Assembly (NCBI GenBank): GCA_964035545.1
Contig: OZ037766.1
Span: 8,980,722-9,044,721 of the forward strand
Direction of reading: 5' to 3'
Origin: Bugula neritina
Taxonomy: Eukaryota > Animalia > Bryozoa
DNA length: 64,000 bases
Part shown: in pieces, positions 25,537 through 44,000 of the stretch
Layout of the letters: each line of letters starts with the position of its first letter
Position numbering within the stretch: the stretch's first letter is position 1
Notes under the pieces: generated by a model
Database searches by the model: none
What the model was told of the DNA's origin: nothing
What the model saw: only the letters and a program-made list of their open reading frames with translations
Translations under genes and position numbers: made by a program

Positions 25537-28107
25537 TTATAATATCACGCATTTCTTTTTAGATGGCTTTTTGCTTGACTTAGCAGCAGTTGTCTCCTTA
25601 CGACCATTTGATGTCTTTCTGTTTCTTATTTCTCGTAGCAAATCAAAATATACCTGAAATGTCAATATATACAAGAGTAAGCTTATAGCTATTAATATCA
25701 ATACTCTCTTCGAGTCAGGAGTTATGTTCTACTGCTATGTAAACTAATAGGTCTACATGGTGTATTAGCAAGACAACTCCAAATAAACATTTATTGTAAA
25801 TGCAAATAAAAATAAGTTATTTGGATTTATACCACAACATAGCTTTTCACACAATAAAAATTCTATAAAAAATAACACATGACAGGTGCTATCTAAACTA
25901 ATAGCAACTTATTATCTTAATAAATACCATTAATGCACACTTTTTTTAATCACTTATTATAATGTTATATCAAAACTACACTTGATTGCAATTTCAATAG
26001 TTCATTCAATGAGCTACATACTACCAAATGCTATGGTAAATAATTTATTTAAATTAATAGTGATTATTAAATAGGCAAAGTAAGACTATTATAAGTATTG
26101 TGTATATATAGTGAGCAGTTGGGCTAGTCTAACCTTATCAACATTTTCATTGTTCTTTGCTGATGTTTCTACATATGGAACATTCCACTCTGCAGCCAGT
26201 GACTGGGCTTGTTCCTGTGATACTTGTCGTTTCTCAGTTAAATCACATTTATTCCCAATGAGTATGAATGGAATATCTTCATCGTTTTTTACCCTCAAAA
26301 TTTGTTCCCTGCAAATATTTGACATCACTATAATTTCCGTTCTAATCAAAACAATAGAGCTCATGCAATTTTATTAACACATTGCTATTGATGTTTGTGA
26401 AACAAGCTTTCTCTATGAGAATCATACTTGATTTAGTCAACATGTAGAGTGTTTTCTATTCTAGGCTAATATATTCTATGGGCAAAAAGTTCTACAATAT
26501 TTTTCATATTCCACGACACAGGGACAGATAACGTCAAAAATTGATATTGAAGTATCAAACATCACACAATGCACTCATGAGAGATTTTATCTTCCTTAAC
26601 TCAACTACATTTTTATGCTGCACATATCTTCAAGCCAAGTATATTCAGTGAAGCTGAAGGGTTTTTATTACACAACAAAAATTTTGATGGCAAAAAACTT
26701 CCATGACTCAAACTACCACAATCAGCTGTAACAATTGAAGCACCTAACAAAAACTATTTGATGATTTGTAATTTGTTAAGTCTACATTTTCTATATTTTT
26801 GTATAAATGTTATTGTGCAACACCAGTAGTAGCCCAATTTGCAGGAACGCAAAAATTTCCCACTGAAAGACAACAACTCAAATGTAGTTGAATATTGATA
26901 AAAAACTTGTTGAATCATGCTGATGCAATAGTGAAAGAGAAAAGGTTTATTCTAGCAAAATCTACATGGGTGGACAACTACCTGAAATCTCGAGTTGATT
27001 GTAGACTTTCAGACTCTGTTATTGAGAAGACACAGAGAAAGCCTTCGCCACTTCTGAAGTAGTTGTCTCTAATAGCAACGTAGTCTTCCTGGCCAGCTGT
27101 ATCCAGTATATCTATTTGTTCTTCAGTCCCATCCAGCACTACCTTCTTCCTGTATGAGTCAGCTTTAGTTGGTTCATAGTCCTCAACAAACTGTAAATAG
27201 AAAAACCATGGCATTGCAGACTACAGTGGTGTTATAGTATAGCATATTTACGCTTACAAAAAATGACACAATATAACTATAAATGAGAGTGGCAGTATAA
27301 TTAAATAGAAGAAGAAAGCTAATTGCAGAAAACAAGTTGTGTATCCTTTTTTCCTTATAAATATATAGAACTTCTAATACTCTATAACTTGGATGAAAAA
27401 ATTGACTAAAAAATATGTTGCAAAAGGAAATACACTCAAGTGCATTCCCCAATCTTAACTTTCAAATAAAAGAGCTGCTAAGTTGTTGCAACACAATTAC
27501 GTCACTAAAAAGAGAGTCAAAGTCACTTCCATCTTGGAATAGTCATACTTACTCTTGAGAAAACTAATCATGATGATAACATTCATGCGCAATGAGTGAA
27601 ATGGTATCATAAGATACAGAGCGGAGAATCAACTTGATGATATCACTCAAAATCCCCATATTACTGTGTCGCAACTATTTCAATTATACAACTAAACTAA
27701 TGTGAGCTAATGTAACGAAGTACCACATATACTTTATTAATATCTCTACCAAAAAACTATCTTGGTGAGAAAACTCCTAAAACCAGAATTTAAGTGAGAT
27801 CAGGTTTACCTTTACTAGCATTTACTTACAACTGTATGTAAAATAAGTTATGTATTTATAAACTATTGACTATACGTTATTAGAATTATATTGTTATTGG
27901 TGAAAAACATAGAAAAATGTTGCCAAACCTACCAATTATAATATCAACCTGAGCTATTAACTTCACATGTGCAGATTTCCATAATAATATATAAGAATGT
28001 CTCACCTCATCATACATAAACTGAAGTGTCAGGGCTGATTTTCCAACACCTCCTGACCCCACCATGATAACCTTATGAACTTGTGACTTACTGCTCCCTT
28101 TAGACAT
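25537..28107 (-). CDS. RALA: Ras-related protein Ral, 200 aa
   Basis: Exons 28006-28107, 26982-27190, 26134-26308, 25537-25653. [40 protein letters not shown] (Ral effector loop), DTAGQE, NKCD, ETSAK, polybasic tail and CAAX box CVIL. Confidence 0.97.
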
Positions 28108-30059
28108 GATTTTACTTCCTTCTTTGCTCTTTTCTCTACAGCAGCAACAGTATAAGAGATAACACACAGCTGTCACATTTCAAATACTAAATCATAACTA
28201 AAATTTGATAGCTTTTAATGTAATTGATATTACAAAATATTAAATTTTTCATAAGTATTAATAAAGCTATTTGCACCAAAATATATCATTGAAATAATTT
28301 CATTTACTGCATAAGATATAATATTTAACAGCATTACATAGTTTAGCCTACTAAACACTAGAGAAGCAGGCTTTGGGGCAATGTTATAGCAGATATTTTA
28401 TTAGACAAGATAAAAGCTGAACTTAGTGACCCTTATCTGTCTATAAATCCTCCACAAACATTGACATTGATAATGAGTAATGACAATTGAAATGATGAAT
28501 AAGAGAGGCAAGTGGAAAACAATAGCAACCTACTAATTCACATGCTTCCCTTCTAAATCATATAATACTTTGCACTAAAATTATTATAGAAGTCTTCTTC
28601 AACTATTGCTTAGAGCTATTTGTAGTAGAAGCATTATTATACTTGTATTATAGAAGTCAATTTTATTAGTAAATTAAAAATTTAACTGCAATTGAATTAC
28701 AGGGACAGTTCATAAGTTTAACTTAACTATCATTTAAAATATTTATTAAAATGCAAAAATAAAAAACAAAACAAAATTTTTATAAAATATCTCGATGTCC
28801 AAAACATCTTTGGCACTACTAAAAACATAAATATTTATTTTATTAATTGAATGTAGAATAGGATGGACTATAGAAATAGTTAGTGATAACAAAAAGCAAT
28901 TTTTCCATAAAAAGTACTATTAAGACTTATTTATACATCAACAATATGCTGACTGGAGAGTTCTCTTGTACAATGTTAACCATGATTCTGTGTTGAATAA
29001 TTAAGCCTTCAGTCTATCAAAGATATCTAATCTAGCTGTATAATTCTAATTATTTACAAGAAATGTTAAGCAATGATTGCTACAAAAGCATTCTGGTTTC
29101 AACTTGATGTTTTGCTTAAGCCATTACTTTGCTCATTATTGATTTGACATAACTTGATTTGTGTTTAGTCCAGCCTTGATTGGCATCACCTTAACTAATA
29201 CATATTACAAATATCTTATAGCTATACTAAAATTGATAAAATACTTACAGGAACAATAAAAATTAGTATTAATTTACTATGTCTCTCAGCAAGACTGACA
29301 GTTATAACATTAGTCCGAGCAACAGACAAATATATACTGATAAAGATAGTAATAATAAAAAGCTAGTTTCTACTTAACGAAAAGTTACTTCAAGTTTACT
29401 CCAAATTTTAACTAGCCAACAAATTAGAATATTTTGGCCTTGCTAGTAAAAGGCTGAAAACTGGTCATTTTAAATATTATACAATACATTTCGAGTTTGG
29501 ACAGTTGGTTAATGTAAAAATTAATATAAAATAAAAAATATATTTATATAAATGCTAGTCATAGAAAAATTAGACTAACTATTAACATGATAACCTTTTA
29601 GCTTTTGTTAGTAACTGCTAGATTCACATGCACCCCAGATGGCTCATAGGGTTAGTAGCAGGGTTAGCACTGATGCCATGTGGGCTTACAATATAACAAT
29701 GTAATTAAAAAGAGAGGTTTTTCTTTGAAAAAGACACAACTACCACATGCCCTGTGTAGTTCTGAAGTGGTTCTGTCTTTAGTAAAAGCAGAGTAAACTG
29801 TAAATACTGCTTCATGTGTAATTCCCACTGATGATAAATATGTGAATAAACTTTACATAGTGATAAACTCATAATGGACAAAAATATAATCAGCACACTC
29901 AAAATCATTCTGACAGTCATTGCAACAGTAAATATACATATTAACAGTAACTTCAATATAGTATTAGTGTAATGATATACTACAGCAAAGATAACAATAA
30001 GTTGATAAATGTATAGTCACTATGACCATATCAATATATAATCATAATGGACAGAAAAC

Positions 30060-31220
30060 AAGTGCAATCAACGACCATGACAGTCTTGAGTCTAATTCTT
30101 ATTCTAGTTGTACTGAGATTAAAGAGACTTAATCTTACTTTTGAACTTGCAGACTCACACTGTGAGACTTAGTCTTAGAGTTGGTGCAACAGTACTAAAG
30201 AATAAATAACTAAATAATTAAAGCTAAAAATACACCTACTCCTAGTAGCAAGTCTTATTAATAGTAATAGTAGTAATACTAGTGGCTCTAAGTGTAGCAT
30301 CACTACCGGGCACTGCCACTGGCACTACTACTAGCACTACTACTACAAGTAATAATACTACTAGACTACTCAACATCAACTGTACTGCCATTGGCTAGAA
30401 GTACTCACATAGAGTAGTAGTACTACTAGTACTACTACTTTTACTAACACTTATTCTTAATTAGTGAATTACTCATTAGTCATTTAATTTAATGATACAT
30501 TTTATGATTAAATTAGTAGTAGTAGTGTGACTAGTAGTACTATTAGTACTACTACGTCTACAGTATTACTAGAGTACTACTAGGCTACTACTATTAGTAT
30601 TAATAGTGTACTAATATTACTTAGTATAACTTAAACTATCATTATTACTTATACTATGGGTATAAGACTAAGAGTAAATCACTGACTAAAACTAAAAGTA
30701 AGTAATACTAATAGTATAACTAATCATTACATTTAGTTTTACTGTAAGACTAAGTGTATAGTTTTACATGAACTGATGAAGAGCACTAGTACTGCTACTA
30801 CTAGCACCAGTAGTAGTACTACTAGTAGTACTAGTGCAACTAGTACTAGTAGACGTAGTAGTACTAGTACTATTAGTACTAGTAGTAGTACTACTAGTAC
30901 TAGGTCTAGTACTACTACTACTACTAGTACTACTACTACTGAGTACTAGTAGTGTTAGTATTAGTAGCAGTGGTAGTGGTAGTACTAGTAGTAGTAGTAG
31001 TAGTAGTAGACACTAGCACTGGCTAGTAGTACTACTACTAGTACAGTACTAGTTAAGTACTAGTAGTAGTACTACTAGTACTAGTAGTAGTAGTAGTAGT
31101 TTTACTTCTAAGTTAAACTTAAACTTAAAGTTCTAGATCTACTTCTAGTAGTAGTTGTAGTTCTACATTTAATTTGTATTATGTTTATTTTACATATATT
31201 ACTGTTATTACTCTGAGTAT
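30060..31220. repeat. ACT/AGT-rich palindromic low-complexity island in Ral intron 1
   Basis: Interleaved (TAG)n and (TAC)n runs switching at ACTAGT/AGTACT palindromes, densest at 30780-31100. Confidence 0.9.
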
Positions 31221-31255
31221 AACTAAAAGATGAAATTAAGCGTCGCAAGAATTAC

Positions 31256-31498
31256 TTCCAAAATGAATCCTTTGTGTGCAATTTTTATTTTATATTAATT
31301 GACTTTAATTATAGAGAAGAAGCTAAAACGACGTTTTCGCAAGTACAAAGCCTTGATTTGATTGGGGTCACGCAAAACCGGAAATGTAAGGAAATGCGAA
31401 GGCGTGGTTTTTCAAGAGACCAATTACGTATGTCCAACAGCGAGGAAAGCTGATTGCTTTGTAATCGTGTCACGTGACACTTATCTCGCCGGCTCGCC
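31256..31498. promoter_or_regulatory. Bidirectional promoter Ral (-) / ATP5B (+), including the probable Ral non-coding exon 1
   Basis: Locally CpG-rich. Minus-strand donor GGAA|GTAATT at 31256, ATTGG 31361, ETS-type CCGGAAAT 31378, CCAAT 31420, perfect 14-bp palindrome GTGTCACGTGACAC 31467-31480. Confidence 0.7.
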
Positions 31499-37936
<6,438 letters not shown>

Positions 37937-38577
37937 ATCTAGTATATGGACAACATGTTTAAATTATGAGAAATAGTAGTCACTATAAATGTGAACTCTA
38001 CTTATTGTTAGGTTATTGATTTTCAAAGATGAAAGTTCTTTTTAAACACCTATGGATGTAATATTTCCAAACTACCATGTTGAGAAGTAACTGCAGTGTT
38101 GGTTGCATGTTTGAACTTGTATAAAACATATATGCCGCCATTTTGTAACTCAGTTGTTGTAATTTTTCAGAGTGCAGACAATAAAGGAGTGATGGTGTAA
38201 ATTAAAATTTCTGTGTCTTATGAATGTTAATCAATACCAAGTAACAACTTATTGCACTTTACCAGCTCATAACCATTGCAAATACAAAGTTGTATTGAAA
38301 GTAATTCATGATAATTATACACCTGTGTTTTACCTGTATGCTGTCAATCTGATATTAATATCAATATTATATACATGTATATTGTTTGGCAAAGCTTATC
38401 ACCAACTGTTTATCAAATAACAGGAGAGGTAATGTGTAAGCGTGTAACAACTTTTGAGCAAATAGCAACATGAAGACCAACAAATCAGTATGACAACTTG
38501 AGATAAGGTTAATTAAGCTAAGCCAGTTGAAATAGGTCACTCATGCTACTCTGAGTCGAATATCTTAAGTTTACCAA

Positions 38578-40633
38578 ATGGAGCAAGATCACTCGTGTTC
38601 TTCCAAATGGCCTAGGTACGCTTTGTTGACTTATGCAACTTTTTCAGTGGTATGTATATTTTATACTCGTAACATCTTGCTTCTCTGTTGTTTTTTCTAA
38701 AATTGTAGCTGAGTTTCATTTTCTAATGGATACTAGTAGCCAGGAAATGCTGAAGCTCTTGACAATTGTATAATTCAGACATGCATATACATTTCTTGTA
38801 GCTAGTTGGTGGTGGACTGATTGGCGCTGGGGTGTATTTTTACAAAAATGGAGGAGATATTCAAATGCTATTTGAAAATGTTCTCAAAGGTAACTATCGT
38901 AATACATAACATTGTCAGTGAATAAAAACACAAAGCTTTGTTTACATATTTAAAATACTGTAGTGGTCTTAAATACTTTTGTAGATTCTAAAAAGCTATT
39001 TGCTGGAAAAATAGTATCCCACCTTGTAGCTGCTTTATGAAGCTTATAAGTTTAATTAGTTTCTGTATTACATCATGTCTTAGTTTTTTAATGTTCTGCC
39101 AACCATTATATTAACCATTCCTGAAAAAGGAAATTATTCTATAGATGACTTCATTTGGACTTTCATAAAAAGCAAGAAAAAGAACTTTTTGCTTCAAAAT
39201 ACTGCATAAAAAAGCTTATTTTTCTAAATTATTTTATATATATATATATACCAGTCTTTGAAAATAATATGAGGTGCATGCTCTTCATTATATCATAAAC
39301 TCACACCTTAGACTCATCTGTCCAGAATGCAATGCATGCGTTATTCTTCAATACTTGGCTTATTCTTTTTGGGCTTCCCATTTATTAACTTGAATAAATA
39401 TATAATAGTAATTGTAGTAAACAGTCTTGGCCTACATACTGTGATATAAGAAATTTAGGCAAACATAGGGTCATTGTTACTTATGTCATGACTTTGTGTC
39501 ATTTATAGCTGACATAACTTGAAATAACTTGGAAAACCCTAATTGCATCATACTGTGTGTCTTAAAACACTAGTTCTCAAAAAATCATATTCAGCTTGTG
39601 GGGTGATGAAGACGCTATATACTACGTACTGAGAAAGTGCCGTGACTTATGCTGTATGTTTGTAGGCTCAACTACAGAGGATTTCAACACTATTCTATTT
39701 ATACTAATATCTGCATTAGTGACTGGGTGCACAATGATTATAACCTCCGTTACCCTCGCCGTCTGTGGCGCTTACAGAATGAACAGGTCTTGCACTGCTG
39801 CTGTAAGCTAATATATTGTTTATCGCATGTGCATCACTTCAAATGTTTTTAATTTCGGCAGCAAAGATTTTAAAGAAAAATCTGAAAGGATTTATATATC
39901 TATATTTTGTTAAAAAACACTGGGAAAAGTAAAGTTCATAGGTCTGCTATCATAGGTTTACTCTGAATTTCTAAGTGGGGTGAATTATTTAATATTTTTA
40001 AAACCTCAAATTAACTTTATTTTGCAGTAAGATGCTTGTAACTGCTATGCTATGGCATACTAACTGAGTATCTGTCTGTTAGCAAAAAGGCTAGAAAATT
40101 TGATCATACGTTCGATCTGTGTGTTTTAGTACCTTACCTTTGCCATATTTGGATTTGTGATGGTTTCAGCTGTTGGCCTTGTCATAGTGACGAATGAGAC
40201 TCAGGTAAAGTGAAACTTAATCTAGCATTGTTTGTCTTGTAAAACTGTGTAGAGTTATGAGCGATCCGCGTGAAGTGGGATAGTAGAATGATTTAGTGCT
40301 AATTTGTTTTGTCACATATAGTATCTGCAAGACATTCTGGACAGATCAATTCAACAAGAAAAAGACAAAGCAATGCTTGACTTGTTTACGAGAATGATGA
40401 TGATTGTCTCATTAGTACTGGCTGCTTTTCAGGTACTTCACCATTTTATACAGAACTGCTTTGCAAAAATTTAACTACATTGTCAATTGTTATCAAAACT
40501 AGGAAAAAATATGCATACTTTTTTTTATCTCTGCCAGCTGATTTTCTATATTTGTTGTGTATTACAGATGATTGGAATAATGTTGGGGTGCTGTCTAATG
40601 AAGGCCATTGATGACTCTAAGAGCCCACAATAG
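38578..40633 (+). CDS. Tetraspanin-like 4-TM protein lacking the CCG/cysteine large extracellular loop, 182 aa
   Basis: Exons 38578-38649, 38802-38889, 39666-39802, 40130-40204, 40322-40432, 40568-40633, all GT-AG and phase-consistent. Tetraspanin hallmarks: RYALL..TFSV|LVGGGLIGAGVY (TM1), AVCGAYRMNRSCTAA|Y (inner loop), AAFQ|MIGIMLGCCL (TM4 and palmitoylation cysteines). Confidence 0.8.
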
Positions 40634-41036
40634 TCAACTTTCAAATTCACACAGTAATACACCAGTCTACAACGTATTCGTGGCTATTGAACAGTTATGC
40701 TAAATGTTGTCATCAAAATATTGACGGAGCCGTAAAGGGATATTATACGTGTGCAAAAATGTATTTATCTTTCATTATATGCATATTGAATACAAGTTTT
40801 CTCAACCAGAGCTGACTTTAAAAACTGCCAAGAATAAAAAAATGCAATGCAAGCTAAGTATGTATATTAGATTATCAGAAGACAATAAAATGGTCATTAT
40901 GTACAAAGTATTGCCTGATAATGATTTAAACTATTGCATTTCCAGGAATGACATGGCTTAACCTCTAGATAATATTTATAATATTGTACAATAGATTACA
41001 AAATTATATTTCGATAAAAAGGGTACGGTTTGGTGG

Positions 41037-44000
41037 TCACTTTGCCTTAATATTAATTATTGTCACATCATCATGAGGCTTATCGTTCTTTGGATTAGTC
41101 TTGACATTAGAAATCTTGCTGACTATTTCCATCCCCCTAACAACTCTGCCAAACACTGTATGCTTGTTATCTAACCATGGCTGAAACAATTCATAAGTTA
41201 ATGATTATCGGTATAATGAACCGAGCATTTATGTTTACACAATATGGATTATATAGATATAATAAAATGGATTGGCAGAAAAATGAATTATACAATCGAA
41301 ATAAAATATTTTCATTAAAATCACTTACAGTTGGTGCTACAGTGATGAAAAACTGTGAGCCATTAGTGTTGGGTCCTGCATTAGCCATACTGAGTGTGTA
41401 GGGCCGATCATGTCTCAGAGTGGGATGAAACTCGTCTTCAAACTCTCTTCCCCAAATAGACTCTCCGCCCGTCCCGTTACCTTCATAATACATACTAGGC
41501 TTAGTTACACACAGCAGCCTAGCAATATTTCATAATAATTACAGTTGATAAGAACAAGTCATTAAATCATTGACACTTCTAAACTACGGTATCGCAGTAA
41601 CAATGATGCCAAACATCAATAGTGCCAGCAATAAATAGAAGCATTAAACAGCAGTAGATCAAAACCAAAGTATAACATATTCTCCTAACTGAAGTATAAT
41701 ATATTTTCTAACCAAAACTTATGTAATGCTTTGCAGATTAAGTTTGAAAACCAAAACTTTCAATTGCATTAGTATAAATTTATTGTTCGGTACACATAGA
41801 GACCTCAAATATCGCTATCACTTACCTCCAGGGTCCCCAGTTTGAATCAAGAAACCTTTGATGACTCTGTGAATTATGTGCTGATTATAGTAGCCATTCC
41901 GACAGTGCACTGTGAAGTTTTCAACAGTTTTAGGGCACCTATAATATATTATAATATTATAAGGTTTCAATATATATGGTTTTATACTGCATTTCACAAA
42001 ATTCTTAAATTGTATCAACTTGAAAACCACTTGCTTTTGGCTAACAAACTGAGGAGAGTAAATTAACTGAGAGAGAAATGAGCATACTCTGTAGGAAAAA
42101 GAGTCAAGTGAATATCTCCCATAGATGTATGTATAACAGCTGAGTGGGCCAAGTGTACAGATGATGCCTCTTGTGTCTGGGAGACCAACTCTTCTTTAGT
42201 TGGTTTCTCATTCAGTATGTCTCTATCCACGTCATCCCTTCAAATTGATATTAAAATTTATATTATGCCATATAAAATGGAGCAGCCTAGGGGTTCGAGC
42301 CCTGACAAAGGCCATTGGTGATGTTAGGAAGAGCATCCAGTCATATTGCTTCTGTGCCTCATCTGAATAAGTCCTTAGCCCGATTCAACAAAACAAAACC
42401 TTTCCATCAGGGGCTTCTCAGTTCTCACAGGGATGGTGACTATAAACTTGCGTGAGTTTTATTATGCCATATAAAAATGCAATAGCAAACAATCATTTCA
42501 AAGTCCAACCACTGCTCTACTAGCATGTAACATTGAAGTAATAAATGCATTCCTACCCTGTATAAGCATCACGGCGGCTGAATATATAAAACCTATTCCT
42601 CTTGTATCCGGTACAAAACAGCATTGGATCATTAGTTGGGGCAGCCAACAGCGGGTTATCTGAAGCCTGCATCTCCACTGACGCACTCACAAACTTCTTA
42701 ACCATTCCTACAATTAATATTTTATTACATTTACTAAAAATGAACAACACCTTCAGTAGCAACAAATATATGATGTAGAGAAAATGAGTAAGAGAGAAAG
42801 AAGGCATCATGCGGGGTACTTGGAATAACTCAGTCCGGCTAATCTCCAAATGAGTTTGAGAATTTTGTTAATGCTTGACAATTATATTAAATCTCATTAC
42901 GTAAAGCATGAGAGTGTAATAATACCACAGATTAGAGTTATGGTTCAGTTCCTTGTTAAAATGAAATAAATAGGGTGTTTAATTCTTCTAGAGATTCAAT
43001 TCAGTACGAAAATTGCATACAAGCAATACATATTTCACAATGATAAAAAACACAAACAATTAATAATAAAATATTTCTTAAAATAAATAAATATATTAAA
43101 ATACCTGGATAAAGAAATAAGGAATAAACAACCACTAACCTTGCAAAAGTACCAAGTGTAAAAATCGAATGTTTTCAACTTTTCCCAACATAAGAGAAAC
43201 TTTATTTGTGTGGAGATTGACAACTAAAATAAAAAAACTATCAATATCACAAAGAAAATACATAGTGTGCCTATGCAAGCTAAAATAAGTATAAAACATA
43301 TTAATGCTAAGAAATGAAGCCTGTCATAAAAAAACAAGACATTTTCATCATACCGTACACGAATGCTAAATTTGCAGAAACATGAAATAGGTCACATGAC
43401 TAAATGAAGAAAGTAATGTGGAAATAGTTACTAACCTTTAACTCCCAACAAAGTCCCATACATAAGAAAGTTTCCACTCTCATCCCAAACAAGATTTGCT
43501 AATCTAAGTTGGTCTGATTTAGTGAGCTCCCTTTCAACAGCCACTCTCCTACCAAACTCCATGACTGGAATTTGCTGAGTCATCTATGAGCACAGATAAA
43601 GGACAGCATATAACAGCAATCCAAGGTAATCCAAAGTGAAAACCAGCCGCCATTTAACAACTTAAGTTTCTGATGTCATGACTATACACATCCCCAACAG
43701 TTTAAATCAAAATCAAAAGGCCCAACAGTGAAGTTAGACACTCCTCTTTATCCATGATGAACAGTTGTGAGTGTATGAGACAAAAAATTTGTCACTATAT
43801 TACGAGTGATTATTTGTCAAGATACAGATTTATACGAAATTTATAACCACTTGTTTACTAAATGATATTACTGAGAAAATAAGAAGCCTAACAGTTACTC
43901 TGTTTTCAAAGAAAATATCAGCCTTAAAAACACTGACCTGTTGTAATTCTGTGTACTGCTGCAGCGTCTCATCAATCACTTTGATAACCTTTCCGGTGAG

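Noticed and set aside
28108-28176. Cys-rich N-terminal extension of Ral in the ORF track
   Set aside because: GTG start, and it crosses the TGCTGTAG acceptor near 28136, so it is intron plus UTR.
30834-31016. Hydrophobic/Ser-rich 60-aa ORF
   Set aside because: Translation of the TAG/ACT low-complexity tract.
39596-39665. 5' part of ORF 39596-39811 as a tetraspanin exon
   Set aside because: The acceptor at 39594 is the wrong phase (it hits a stop); the TGTAG acceptor at 39665 fits.
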